In this document: piece by piece, positions 1-8,647 of the stretch
How positions within the stretch are numbered: the first letter of the stretch is position 1
Layout: the number at the start of each line of letters is the position of its first letter
Source of the DNA: Nitrosococcus oceani ATCC 19707
GTDB lineage: Bacteria > Pseudomonadota > Gammaproteobacteria > Nitrosococcales > Nitrosococcaceae
NCBI RefSeq assembly: GCF_000012805.1
Contig: NC_007484.1
Span: 2,520,001-2,552,000 of the forward strand
DNA: 32,000 nucleotides
Direction of reading: 5' to 3'
Translations under genes and position numbers: made by a program
The notes under the pieces: model-generated
Seen by the model: only the letters and a program-made list of their open reading frames with translations
Told to the model about the DNA's origin: nothing
Databases searched by the model: none

Positions 1-133
1 GAATTCCTCTTTCCGGGCACGGGCGCCCTATTCGCATAACACTGACAGTGGGGCTAATCCGGCAATTTTTGCCTAGTTTGTCCACCCCAGAGTAATGCTC
101 GGCAAAAGGAGGAAAGCCCTGTAACTCGCTCAT
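1..133 (-). CDS. 5' fragment of a CDS that runs off the left edge; possibly a hexapeptide-repeat (left-handed beta-helix) acyl/acetyltransferase
   Basis: There is a minus-strand ATG at 133..131, 8 nt after the stop of the upstream CDS. It opens 44 sense codons to the window edge (MSELQGFPPFAEHYSGVDKLGKNCRISPTVSVMRIGRPCPERGI). The stretch 'GKNCRISPTVSV' resembles a hexapeptide-repeat unit. The fragment is too short for a firm call and is not in the supplied ORF track. Confidence 0.3.
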   Translation of the reverse strand, partial: MSELQGFPPFAEHYSGVDKLGKNCRISPTVSVMRIGRPCPERGI

Positions 134-140
134 CCCTACC

Positions 141-1046
141 CTAACCTTCCTTGGCAGGGGTACATTTAAAAAATTCTTCTACCAGCCACCAAAAATGCCA
201 AGCCGGAGGATCTTGCGAAATTGCCTCGGAAAAACAGTCAGCCAGGGCTTCCGCGAGCCGGTGGGGATCATGGGCAGGCAGGGGCTCTGTAATGTGCAAA
301 CACCGCCGGCCAGTCTCCGGGTCCAGGGCAACCGTAAAAGCCACTACCGGGATACGCTCCCTTACCGCTAGCCCTATCAACCCGCTGGGCCACCAAGCCC
401 GGCGCTGGAAAAGGGTAACGGGCAAACATGTCCCCACTTCGCGAGGAGGAACATCAATCAGCGCCGCCACAGCTTTACCCTGGCGGAGAACTTCCAAAAG
501 GCGGGGCACGCTGCCCCCTTTATAAATCACTTTGGTTAATCCCGCCCTTTCCACTTCCCTCGTCCGCAAGCGGGAATAATAATAAGCTACCCGCCGTTTG
601 GCAAAACTGCTTTTATCAAAACGAGTGGATAAAAAGGCCGTAGCCATCCCTTGACTGCGCAGATGACGCAGAGACCATAATCCCACTCCCCAATGGAAAG
701 TAATAGCCAAGAAGGAGGGATGCTTAGGCCAATTCGCTCCGGTAAGGTCCAGATATTTTCTCAACCAGCGATCCGAGCGAAAACGGGAGAGATAGAGATC
801 CCCATGATCCACCAACTGGGTTAACCGGTAAGCTGCGCACCAACGGGTGGGATCACCTATAGGGATGACTTTCTGGGCCGCCGCCAAGGACTGCTCCGTC
901 AATTCCCTATACAACCATGATTGCCGGCTACAGTAACGGTAGAAGCGGAAACACCAAGGCCAAGGAAGAAAAATAGCGGTCCCTGGCAATAATACCAGTT
1001 CAACCAAATCCTTGAATTCTCGCCGTAGCTTACTCAATAATCCCAC
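141..1046 (-). CDS. LpxL/HtrB-like (lipid A / lysophospholipid) acyltransferase family protein
   Basis: This is a 301-aa ORF directly downstream of the Wzm/Wzt pair. Its overall pattern resembles late lipid A acyltransferases. 'ITFHWGVGLW' sits where that family carries its HX4[D/E] box. The assignment is by recollection of the family, not a computed alignment. Confidence 0.5.
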   Translation of the reverse strand: MGLLSKLRREFKDLVELVLLPGTAIFLPWPWCFRFYRYCSRQSWLYRELTEQSLAAAQKVIPIGDPTRWCAAYRLTQLVDHGDLYLSRFRSDRWLRKYLDLTGANWPKHPSFLAITFHWGVGLWSLRHLRSQGMATAFLSTRFDKSSFAKRRVAYYYSRLRTREVERAGLTKVIYKGGSVPRLLEVLRQGKAVAALIDVPPREVGTCLPVTLFQRRAWWPSGLIGLAVRERIPVVAFTVALDPETGRRCLHITEPLPAHDPHRLAEALADCFSEAISQDPPAWHFWWLVEEFFKCTPAKEG

Positions 1047-1055
1047 AGCGTGTTT

Positions 1056-2276
1056 CTAGGGTAGATTTTCTTGCCACTCATGGGCTAGATGGCACACCCC
1101 CAGCTCACGAGTCCGGCCCACCACCTGAAACTCCCTTTCCACCACATCGAACAACCGCATTCCCTCAGGGTCCATGGCATGAGCGCAAAGTTTGTACCTA
1201 CCAGGCAAAAGCGCCAGCCGGGGAAAAGTCAGCGCAAAACGAAAACGGGTGGGCTGTTGGCGTTTCAGCACAACCCCATCCACATCGGAGGTAAAGCCAT
1301 AAATTTCGGCGCCATTGATTCGCATAATCCCCACCGCCACAGTCGGTGTCCTATCATCGGGGGAATAGACTTCACCTCTGACTTTAAGCTCCTCCCCCAT
1401 GGGAATCACCGCCAGCCCTCCCTCTTTTTCCCCTTGTAACCATAGATCCTTTACCTGGTAAGCCGCAGCGGATAAAGCGGTCTGGGGGCGGACTTCCTGG
1501 CGGGACTTCTCCTCATGATAAGCCAGATATTCTTGGGTCACCTGAAACGCTTCGCCATAGGACACCATACGTCCTTCTTTTATCCAGCACGCTTTCTGGC
1601 AAAGCTTCTGAACATGGAACATGCTATGGGAGCACAGCAGCAAGGTTCCGCCATTGCCAAGGTAGTCTTCCATCCAGTGGGTGCATTTTTTCTGAAACGA
1701 TTCATCACCCACCGCCAGGACTTCATCAGTAATGAGCAAATCAGGTCGTGACGCGGTAATCAAGGCAAACCCAAGCCGTACCACCATGCCGGAGGAGTAG
1801 TGTTTAATAGGCTCGTCAATGTAAGCACCAATATCCGCAAACTCGATAATTCCAGCTAGCTTATCCTGCAGTTCGGCATCGCCCATACCCATCAAGGCAC
1901 CGGAAAGCTGTAAATTTTCCCGCCCCGTGTACTCGGGATGAAAGCCTGCGCCCAATTCCAGCAAAGCACCAATCCGGCCAGTCACTCGCACCTTACCAGA
2001 AGAAGGTTTAACCACGCCGGCAATATGCTTGAGCAAAGTGGATTTGCCCGCGCCGTTCTCACCGATAATCCCCAGGGTTTCCCCTTGGTAAACTTCCAGG
2101 GAAATATTCTGGAGCACGGGATGCCTGGCATATTCCCCCTTCCCCCGCAATACAGCCCATAACGCCTGCAGCCGCTCCCGTGATGAGGTCAGCTTGGGGT
2201 AAAACTTATTGACGTTCTCCAGCTTTACGAGAAGTTGCGCAGCCACGCTATAAAAATTCCTCGAACCGACCGGCAC
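1056..2276 (-). CDS. Polysaccharide/O-antigen ABC exporter ATP-binding protein (Wzt/TagH-like) with C-terminal extension
   Basis: It has Walker A GENGAGKST, the ABC signature YSSGM and Walker B LLITDE. An extension of about 150 aa follows the NBD, as in Wzt glycan-binding domains. The ATG at 2276 overlaps the permease gene by 29 nt. The GTG at 2246, just after the permease stop, is an equally plausible start. Confidence 0.85.
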   Translation of the reverse strand: MPVGSRNFYSVAAQLLVKLENVNKFYPKLTSSRERLQALWAVLRGKGEYARHPVLQNISLEVYQGETLGIIGENGAGKSTLLKHIAGVVKPSSGKVRVTGRIGALLELGAGFHPEYTGRENLQLSGALMGMGDAELQDKLAGIIEFADIGAYIDEPIKHYSSGMVVRLGFALITASRPDLLITDEVLAVGDESFQKKCTHWMEDYLGNGGTLLLCSHSMFHVQKLCQKACWIKEGRMVSYGEAFQVTQEYLAYHEEKSRQEVRPQTALSAAAYQVKDLWLQGEKEGGLAVIPMGEELKVRGEVYSPDDRTPTVAVGIMRINGAEIYGFTSDVDGVVLKRQQPTRFRFALTFPRLALLPGRYKLCAHAMDPEGMRLFDVVEREFQVVGRTRELGVCHLAHEWQENLP

Positions 2277-3027
2277 AACGCCGGAATAATCGTAACCCCA
2301 CTATAAAGAGCAACCCGCTGCCCAGCAATGCCAGAACATCGGCTCCGCTGGGAACCCACTCCCCAAACATCAGCAAGGCCCGTAAACGGTCGAGAAAATA
2401 GCTCAAGGGATTGGCCAGAATCAAGGTGCGGAAAGGCTCCGGCACTAATGAGAGGGGATATAAAATCGGCGAAGCGTAAAATAAAAGCATGAACACCGGG
2501 GCAAGCAAATGCTCAATATCCTTCAAAAAAACTTGCAGCGCGGACAGAATTAGTGCTATCCCCAGGGTCAGTAGCAAGAGTAGCCCCCACAACCACAACA
2601 CCAGCGGCAAAGTATTCAGAAACAACTCGGCACTAAGCATCGTGAGCACCCCTAACACTAATAAAAAACCTACTCCATGGACGATGTAGCTGCCGCCCAC
2701 CGCCGCATACACCAGCAACTCATAGGGCAAGGCAATTTTTCTAATCAGCCCCGCATTATTAGTGATAGCCGTCGTTGCCCGCATAACCCCCTCATGAAAG
2801 GCGACCCAAGGCCATAGGGCAATGGCGACAAACTCCACAAAACTGTGCTGCTCGAGCTCCGGAAAGCGAACCTTAAAAATAGTGGTAAAAACCAGAGAAT
2901 ACAAAGCGAGCTGGGCCAGCGGCTGAACCAGAACCCAGAAATAACCGCTGATACTGCCAAGATACCGGCTTTTAATTTCCCGCGCCAGAAAACGCCGGAA
3001 AAGGGCACGATGTCGCCATATTAACAT
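2248..3027 (-). CDS. ABC-2 type polysaccharide export permease (Wzm/TagG/KpsM-like)
   Basis: The 259-aa ORF is hydrophobic with about 6 predicted TM segments. Its N-terminus (FRRFLAREIKSRYLGSISGYFWVLVQPL) is typical of ABC-2 permeases. It sits immediately upstream of the cognate ATPase. Confidence 0.85.
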   Translation of the reverse strand: MLIWRHRALFRRFLAREIKSRYLGSISGYFWVLVQPLAQLALYSLVFTTIFKVRFPELEQHSFVEFVAIALWPWVAFHEGVMRATTAITNNAGLIRKIALPYELLVYAAVGGSYIVHGVGFLLVLGVLTMLSAELFLNTLPLVLWLWGLLLLLTLGIALILSALQVFLKDIEHLLAPVFMLLFYASPILYPLSLVPEPFRTLILANPLSYFLDRLRALLMFGEWVPSGADVLALLGSGLLFIVGLRLFRRCAGRFEEFL

Positions 3028-3257
3028 ACCGGCGACTCACCGATCAGCTCCCGCCAGCATGTCGATGCTTCACAAGACATCAAGCCCATGACCGCGGCTA
3101 AAAGAAAATAATGGGGAAACATGTTCTGCAGAATACTGCGCAATCCAAAGTGCAAGCTATACACGGTAAGAGTGTAATACCTTTATCTTTTAAAATAATG
3201 ATCTGGCCTTAATTGAAGTCGCTAGCAGTCCAATCAAGCTTCGCGACCATTCCCCTC

Positions 3258-4283
3258 CTAAAACTCGCCATAGGCAGCGAGCATCTGCACCGCTCTTTGC
3301 CAAGCGGGATTATGGTATAGCTGGGAGCGGGTCAGGGGATAGCGGCCATAGAGTCGCAGCAGACGGGGGGAAGTCTGAGGGTAAGGGTCCCCCTTCAACT
3401 CATCCAATAAGAGAGCATAACCGTCAGGATCATTACAGACTAAGGCCATATCACAGCCGGCGCTTAAAGCCGCTTGCATCCGTGCGCTCATATCCCCTAC
3501 TTCCGCCGCGCCGGCCATACTCAAATCATCGCTAATAATGGCGCCTTGAAAGCCCAATTGCCCGCGCAAGACGGTCTCCAGCCAGAAAGGGGAAAAACCG
3601 ACGGGGCGGGAATCCACTGAAGCATAGCGCACATGGGCGGGCATGACCGCTGGCAGGCCGGCTCTCGCTAAATGCTCAAAAGGCAGAAGATCCCCCTCCC
3701 GGATCTGCCGCCAGGAACGTTTATCTACTGGAAGGGCGGTATGGGAGTCGGCCACCACTGATCCATGACCCGGAAAGTGTTTACCCACCGCAGCCATGCC
3801 CGCCCAGGCCATCCCCCGGATATAAGCTCTAGCTAAGGCTATCACGGCGTCAGGCTCCCCGTGAAAGGCCCGATCTCCTATCACCGCGCTGACTCCCCGA
3901 TCCAAATCCAAGACAGGGGAAAAACTGAAATCAACGCCAACCGCCCGCAATTCAACCGCCATCAGCCAACCAGTTATCATCGCTAAACGCTGAGCTTGGC
4001 GCTGATCCCGATCATAAAGCTTACCCAGGAGAGAGGCCGGCGGTAAAAGGGTAAAGCCATCCCGGAAACGCTGTACACGTCCTCCCTCATGATCCACGGC
4101 CACCAATAACCGAGGTTCCTTGAGCGCGTGAACTGCCTTGATCAACGCTGCAATTTGTTCCGGAGATTCATAGTTACGGCTAAATAAAATGACTCCGCCT
4201 ACCCAGGAATGGCCTAACCACGCCCGTTCCTCCGAGTCCAGCGTTACACCTTTTAAGTCAATCATCAAAGGGCCTAGAGTCAT
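3258..4283 (-). CDS. nagZ: Beta-N-acetylhexosaminidase NagZ (GH3, peptidoglycan recycling)
   Basis: The 341-aa ORF carries the hallmark motifs '[11 protein letters not shown]' and 'GKHFPGHG'. Its length and layout match NagZ. Confidence 0.9.
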
Positions 4284-4295
4284 CGCTTAATTCCT

Positions 4296-5099
4296 CTATT
4301 TTCTCCTTGACTGTCTTACATCCAGCCGATCCCGCAGCCAATCCCCCAGGAGATTGATGGCCAGCACCACCAGCATCAGCGCTATTCCTGGAGCCAATAC
4401 CATATGGGGGGCGACCAGAAGATAACGGGTTCCATCCCGGATCATACTGCCCCAAGAAGCCGCGGGCGGCTGTACTCCCAGTCCAAGGAAAGACAGCCCC
4501 GCTTCCGCCACGACCACTCCTGCCACCCCAAAGGTGGCCTCCACAATCAGCGGCGCCAGAATCAAAGGTAGCAAATGCCGCCCCACAATGCGCGGGATTC
4601 CGCTTCCCAGGGCAATCGCCGCTTGTATATGTTCATGGTGCCGAAGACTCAGCACCTGCGCCCGTGCCAGGCGCGCGTAACCAACCCACCCCACCGCGGC
4701 CAAGGCAAATACCACATTCTCAATTCCCGGCCCTAGAATGCCTGCCAGGGCAATAGCCAGCAAGATACCAGGGAATGCTAGAAAAATGTCCATTATCCGA
4801 GCGATCCCATGATCCCACCAGCCTCCTAAATAGCCGCTTAACGTCCCCACCAAGGTGCCGAGAAATCCAGCGGTAGCCACCACACCTACCGCTACTAGAA
4901 AAGAGGTCCGAGCGCCAACGACCAAGCGATCCCACAAGGGCCGTCCCAAATCATCGAAACCCAACCAGGATTCCGGACAGGGAGGATTTAATATCCTTTC
5001 TAAGTGGATAGCATTAGGTTTCAGCCCCCACCAAGGCCCTAGTAAGGCAAGTGCCGCCCATGCCAGCAAAATCCCCATGGGCAGCCACGCGCCCTTCAT
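4296..5099 (-). CDS. Peptide/nickel-type ABC transporter permease (DppC/OppC-like)
   Basis: It has the BPD-transporter EAA-like loop (AAIALGSGIPRIVGRHLLP) and multiple TM segments. I prefer the ATG at 5099 because it forms an ATGA overlap with the upstream permease stop. The ORF track starts 12 codons earlier, at 5135. Confidence 0.85.
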   Translation of the reverse strand: MKGAWLPMGILLAWAALALLGPWWGLKPNAIHLERILNPPCPESWLGFDDLGRPLWDRLVVGARTSFLVAVGVVATAGFLGTLVGTLSGYLGGWWDHGIARIMDIFLAFPGILLAIALAGILGPGIENVVFALAAVGWVGYARLARAQVLSLRHHEHIQAAIALGSGIPRIVGRHLLPLILAPLIVEATFGVAGVVVAEAGLSFLGLGVQPPAASWGSMIRDGTRYLLVAPHMVLAPGIALMLVVLAINLLGDWLRDRLDVRQSRRK

Positions 5100-6025
5100 T
5101 CCCCAATACCTAATCGCACCCGCGGATCGGCCCAACCATAGATAAGATCCGTTAAGGTATTAACGGCCACATAAGTCAGGCTAATCAATAGCACACACCC
5201 TTGTACCACAGGATAATCCCGCCGTTGAATAGACTCTATCGTAAGTTGACCAATTCCCGGCCAGGAAAATACCACTTCGGTAATAACGGCCCCCCCTAAT
5301 AAAGCGCCTAATTGCAGGCCCAGCACCGTAATGAGCGGAAGCAAGGCATTACGCAGCCCATGCCACCATATTACCCGTCTTGCCGACAAACCTTTGGCCT
5401 TTGCCGTTCGGATATAGTCTTCTCCCAAAACTTCCAGCAGGGCAGCACGCACCATCCGGGAAAGAATGGCGGCCAGGGCACTCCCCAAGGTCAGGGCCGG
5501 CAACACCAAAGAGCTCAGCCCGGCCCGCCCGCTGACTGGAAACCAACCCAAGCCGATGGAGAAAATCAGGATCAGCATGGGTCCCAGCCAGAAGTTAGGC
5601 ACTGAAACTCCGAGTAAGGCAAAGGCGCTCGCCGCCCGATCCCAAATGGTCCCCCGGCGCACCGCCGCCAATACCCCTAAAGGAAAAGCAATCAGTATCG
5701 CCACTAACAGCGCCGCTAGAGCCAGTTCCACAGTTGCCGGCAAACGTTCGGCCAGCAGCTCCATCACCGGCCGTTGAGAATAAAGTGAAGTCCCTAGATC
5801 CAATTGGGCTAGTCCTTGGAGAAATTGACTCAATTGCACCAGCAAGGGACGGTCCAGCCCTAAAGCCTGACGCAATGCCTCCCGGTCAGCGGGCCGCGCG
5901 CCTTCCCCTAAAATGACCTCCACGGGATCGCCTGGAATAAAATGGATGAGCAAAAAAACGAGGCAAGCCACTCCAAGCACCACGACCGCCGCGCTTAGCA
6001 GCCGGCTTAGCAAGAAATATCCCAT
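5096..6025 (-). CDS. Peptide/nickel-type ABC transporter permease (DppB/OppB-like)
   Basis: The 309-aa ORF starts with the typical 'MGYFLLSRLL..IHFIPGDPV' N-terminus. It has the EAA loop 'EDYIRTAKAKGLSARRVIWWHGLRNALLP'. Confidence 0.88.
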   Translation of the reverse strand: MGYFLLSRLLSAAVVVLGVACLVFLLIHFIPGDPVEVILGEGARPADREALRQALGLDRPLLVQLSQFLQGLAQLDLGTSLYSQRPVMELLAERLPATVELALAALLVAILIAFPLGVLAAVRRGTIWDRAASAFALLGVSVPNFWLGPMLILIFSIGLGWFPVSGRAGLSSLVLPALTLGSALAAILSRMVRAALLEVLGEDYIRTAKAKGLSARRVIWWHGLRNALLPLITVLGLQLGALLGGAVITEVVFSWPGIGQLTIESIQRRDYPVVQGCVLLISLTYVAVNTLTDLIYGWADPRVRLGIGE

Positions 6026-6036
6026 TGGAAAACCGC

Positions 6037-6534
6037 TTAGCTAATGAATACCCGCATTCCCGGCTTCACTTGCTTAAACAATTCAAGCAGAGGTCCATTA
6101 TGGATGCGAATACAGCCATGGGAGCCCGGAAGGCCCATGATCGCCGCATCCGGAGCCCCATGGATATAAATATACCGGCGAAAAGTGTCTACCCTGCCGA
6201 AACGATTTTTACCCTTTTCCAAACCACTTAGCCATAAGATCCGCGTCAATATCCAATCCCGATCCGGGTAAGCCTGCCCCAGCTCAGGGGTATAAATTTC
6301 ACCTGTTGGCCGCCGCCCCCGGAATACGGTATTCACGGGACAGCCGGTACCAATTTTAGCGCGGATCTGGTGCCACCCCCGAGGTGTGCATTCGCTCCCC
6401 ATTTGCTCGCCTAAACCCTTTTTTGCTAGAGAAACAGGCGCCTCAAACAATACTTTCCGCTCCCTCCTTAGGATAAGCCGCTGTTCCAGGAAATGGACAC
6501 GAATATAGGGTTCTGGCTTCATGAGCGTTTCCAA
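6037..6534 (-). CDS. L,D-transpeptidase (YkuD/ErfK) catalytic-domain protein without a signal peptide
   Basis: The YkuD active-site motif is present: 'IHGAPDAAIMGLPGSHGCIRI' (His...Gly...Ser-x-Gly-Cys-Ile-Arg). The protein is 165 aa. I see no hydrophobic N-terminal leader. Confidence 0.8.
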   Translation of the reverse strand: METLMKPEPYIRVHFLEQRLILRRERKVLFEAPVSLAKKGLGEQMGSECTPRGWHQIRAKIGTGCPVNTVFRGRRPTGEIYTPELGQAYPDRDWILTRILWLSGLEKGKNRFGRVDTFRRYIYIHGAPDAAIMGLPGSHGCIRIHNGPLLELFKQVKPGMRVFIS

Positions 6535-6900
6535 ACTACTCTTCCCTTAACTCAAAGCACGGCATGAAACACAAGCTACCAGCTTTTTAATACGGGCTTG
6601 CAAGCAGAAATATATTTCCCCAAAGAAAGACCTGTCTCACAACTATAAAATTTATTATGCGTGACTACACTATCTAGAAAAGGGTGAAATGCTATTAGGC
6701 TACCCAGAACCAGCTTAACTATAATACTTAAATATCTCACAAATAGTTCAGCAATGCCTATTTATAGAATTTTTTTAACTAAATTCCTCTGCAAAAGATC
6801 AAAGACTCATTCATAATGAGTTTCAAGCAACGATACCAGGCACTTACCGCCCACAATACTTTATAAAAGCATTTATTTTTATTGCGTGGAGAAATACTTC

Positions 6901-7503
6901 ATGACATCAAAACAGAACGAGATGCAGGAATTAGAAGAACCCGAATCTTTGGAAATCACGGATAAGGACGAGACAAAGCGTTCCCATCGTTTAACCCTGG
7001 ATGAATACTTGTTTTATGGATTAATCCTATTCTCCCTTATCGGCGTTGCCATTTCGGAGTCCTCCGGGGGGGCGGGCCACTTATATTGGCTGGCGATGGT
7101 ACCCATGCTCGCGGCCGCTTCTCTCTACGTGGAATGGGCTCATGCCCAACTAGGAACAGGGGTTAGGTGGAAAACCTTACTGAAGACTCAGCTCATTCAT
7201 TGGGGCTCGCTTTTGGTTGCCGTGCAATTGGCCTATATGCTTTTACAATTTGGTACACTCAACGAACAAAATATCGGCCAGGTGGTGCTGCTTTTAGTAG
7301 CGCAAACCACCTTCCTTATGGGTATATACGTGGATTGGCGATTTTATGTACTCGGGGCCTTTCTCGCGCTTTGTCTGATAGTCATTTCCTATTTAGAGGC
7401 TTATATATGGCTATTGATACTGATTGCAATTGGGATTATAACCCTCGGCTTGTACCTGCATAGAAGGTTTGATATTTCGCCACATAACCGCAGCCGCGCC
7501 TAA
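6901..7503 (+). CDS. Integral membrane protein of unknown function (acidic N-terminus, about 5 TM helices)
   Basis: A GGAGA Shine-Dalgarno at 6887-6891 precedes the ATG at 6901. The track starts at the GTG at 6886. Hydrophobic segments FYGLILFSLIGVAI, LYWLAMVPMLAAASL, WGSLLVAVQLAYML, VVLLLVAQTTFLMGI and others are visible. A strong terminator follows. Confidence 0.6.
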   Translation: MTSKQNEMQELEEPESLEITDKDETKRSHRLTLDEYLFYGLILFSLIGVAISESSGGAGHLYWLAMVPMLAAASLYVEWAHAQLGTGVRWKTLLKTQLIHWGSLLVAVQLAYMLLQFGTLNEQNIGQVVLLLVAQTTFLMGIYVDWRFYVLGAFLALCLIVISYLEAYIWLLILIAIGIITLGLYLHRRFDISPHNRSRA

Positions 7504-7512
7504 TCTTAATAG

Positions 7513-7550
7513 AAAAAAAGGGCCGGCCTTTTTGGGCTGGCCCCTTTTTT
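7513..7550. terminator. Bidirectional rho-independent terminator
   Basis: Stem 7520-7528 (GGGCCGGCC) pairs with 7535-7543 (GGCTGGCCC), giving 9 bp including one G-U, with a 6-nt loop. An A7 tract lies on the 5' side (7513-7519) and a T6 tract on the 3' side (7545-7550). It sits between convergent genes ending at 7503 (+) and 7673 (-). Confidence 0.75.
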
Positions 7551-7672
7551 AGTTTTAATTGTGCCTTAGCGAGCGGGACGCTTGCAGACCGCGCCCTTCA
7601 CCTTGAAGCAGACCATCTCGGTGGTAGAGTCGTAAGGTTATGAACTTGCTAGACTATTTCGAATACACGAGT

Positions 7673-8536
7673 TCAAGGTTTAGCATGCATCCACCCACTC
7701 ACCTCCTCGAAAAATTCGAGAGTGACGCGTGCCGCATACCCCTGCCACTTTTTATGCTCACGGCCCTTTTCATCGATCTCGGTTACTCCGTCCTTCTTAG
7801 CGCTCGTGTTGATACCTACCATAAACCGGGTCGAGAATCGTTTAGAGCGAACTTTGTACCAAATGGGGCCGCCGCTCATACCTCTGGCTCGTTTCTCCAA
7901 CGGTGCTAAGGCGTCGAATACCATGCCCCGACCAGGTATTACTCCCCCCTGGCCGTCGGGAACGACGAGACCTGAACCCGGAATGTTGCCCCAACGGACC
8001 TGCATAGCTCTTTTCGTTTCCTTATGGTAGCCGGCGGTGAAAAACCTCTTATTTATCCTTGACTGCAGCCACTGAATTCCAAGCGGAGCAAAAACTGTTT
8101 TGTGCCCCTGGCTGGGATGGCCCCAGTAACCCAGCGGTTTACCTTCCAGCGCCTTGTGACGATCGGTGGTGATGTTGTCGTTCGATAGAATCACCATGCC
8201 GTAATCGTAGGCTCCATTATCCAACGATTTTTTATGTTTTCCTGCTCGCCAGCCCTTGCTCACCTCAAGATCCGAAACGGAGGAGTAGCTTCCTAACGAG
8301 TCGCTACCATCATATGCCGGAAGGACCTCAACATTCACCAGCCTAGCTCCCTTCCGATAATGGGGATCGAGGACGTGGGCGGCCGTGAGCACGTGTCGCG
8401 GTCCAACGAGGATTCCTGTTGCAGACTTTCCCTCTATCACGAGCCGACAGATCCACCGAAAGGGAATATCAAAACTCTTGGGAACCGTTTTCCCACCCGG
8501 CTTGATCTGATACTCAATAGTGACTCGTTTATTCAT
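7673..8536 (-). CDS. Trypsin-fold (S1/V8-like) serine peptidase, no signal peptide; operon gene 6 of 6
   Basis: A catalytic triad is readable in the canonical order: His54 in 'VLTAAHVL', Asp111 in 'YDYGMVIL' and Ser221 in 'GMSGGPIW'. The N-terminus (MNKRVTIEYQIKPGGKTVPK) is hydrophilic. A 111-nt gap separates it from the upstream gene, and I see no obvious SD. Confidence 0.8.
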   Translation of the reverse strand: MNKRVTIEYQIKPGGKTVPKSFDIPFRWICRLVIEGKSATGILVGPRHVLTAAHVLDPHYRKGARLVNVEVLPAYDGSDSLGSYSSVSDLEVSKGWRAGKHKKSLDNGAYDYGMVILSNDNITTDRHKALEGKPLGYWGHPSQGHKTVFAPLGIQWLQSRINKRFFTAGYHKETKRAMQVRWGNIPGSGLVVPDGQGGVIPGRGMVFDALAPLEKRARGMSGGPIWYKVRSKRFSTRFMVGINTSAKKDGVTEIDEKGREHKKWQGYAARVTLEFFEEVSGWMHAKP

Positions 8537-8647
8537 GAATGCAGCGCATAAACCAGTTTATTTGGTGAACAAACACAGTATTGAAACCAAATCGCCGGAG
8601 CTTGTTAACTGGTGAGAACAATGTGGCATAGCATGACCCTAAAAACC

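Noticed and set aside
7566-7616. 16-codon minus-strand ORF (MVCFKVKGAVCKRPAR) between the trypsin-like gene and the terminator
   Set aside because: It is too short to evaluate, has no convincing SD (only GAG immediately abutting the ATG) and could easily arise by chance.
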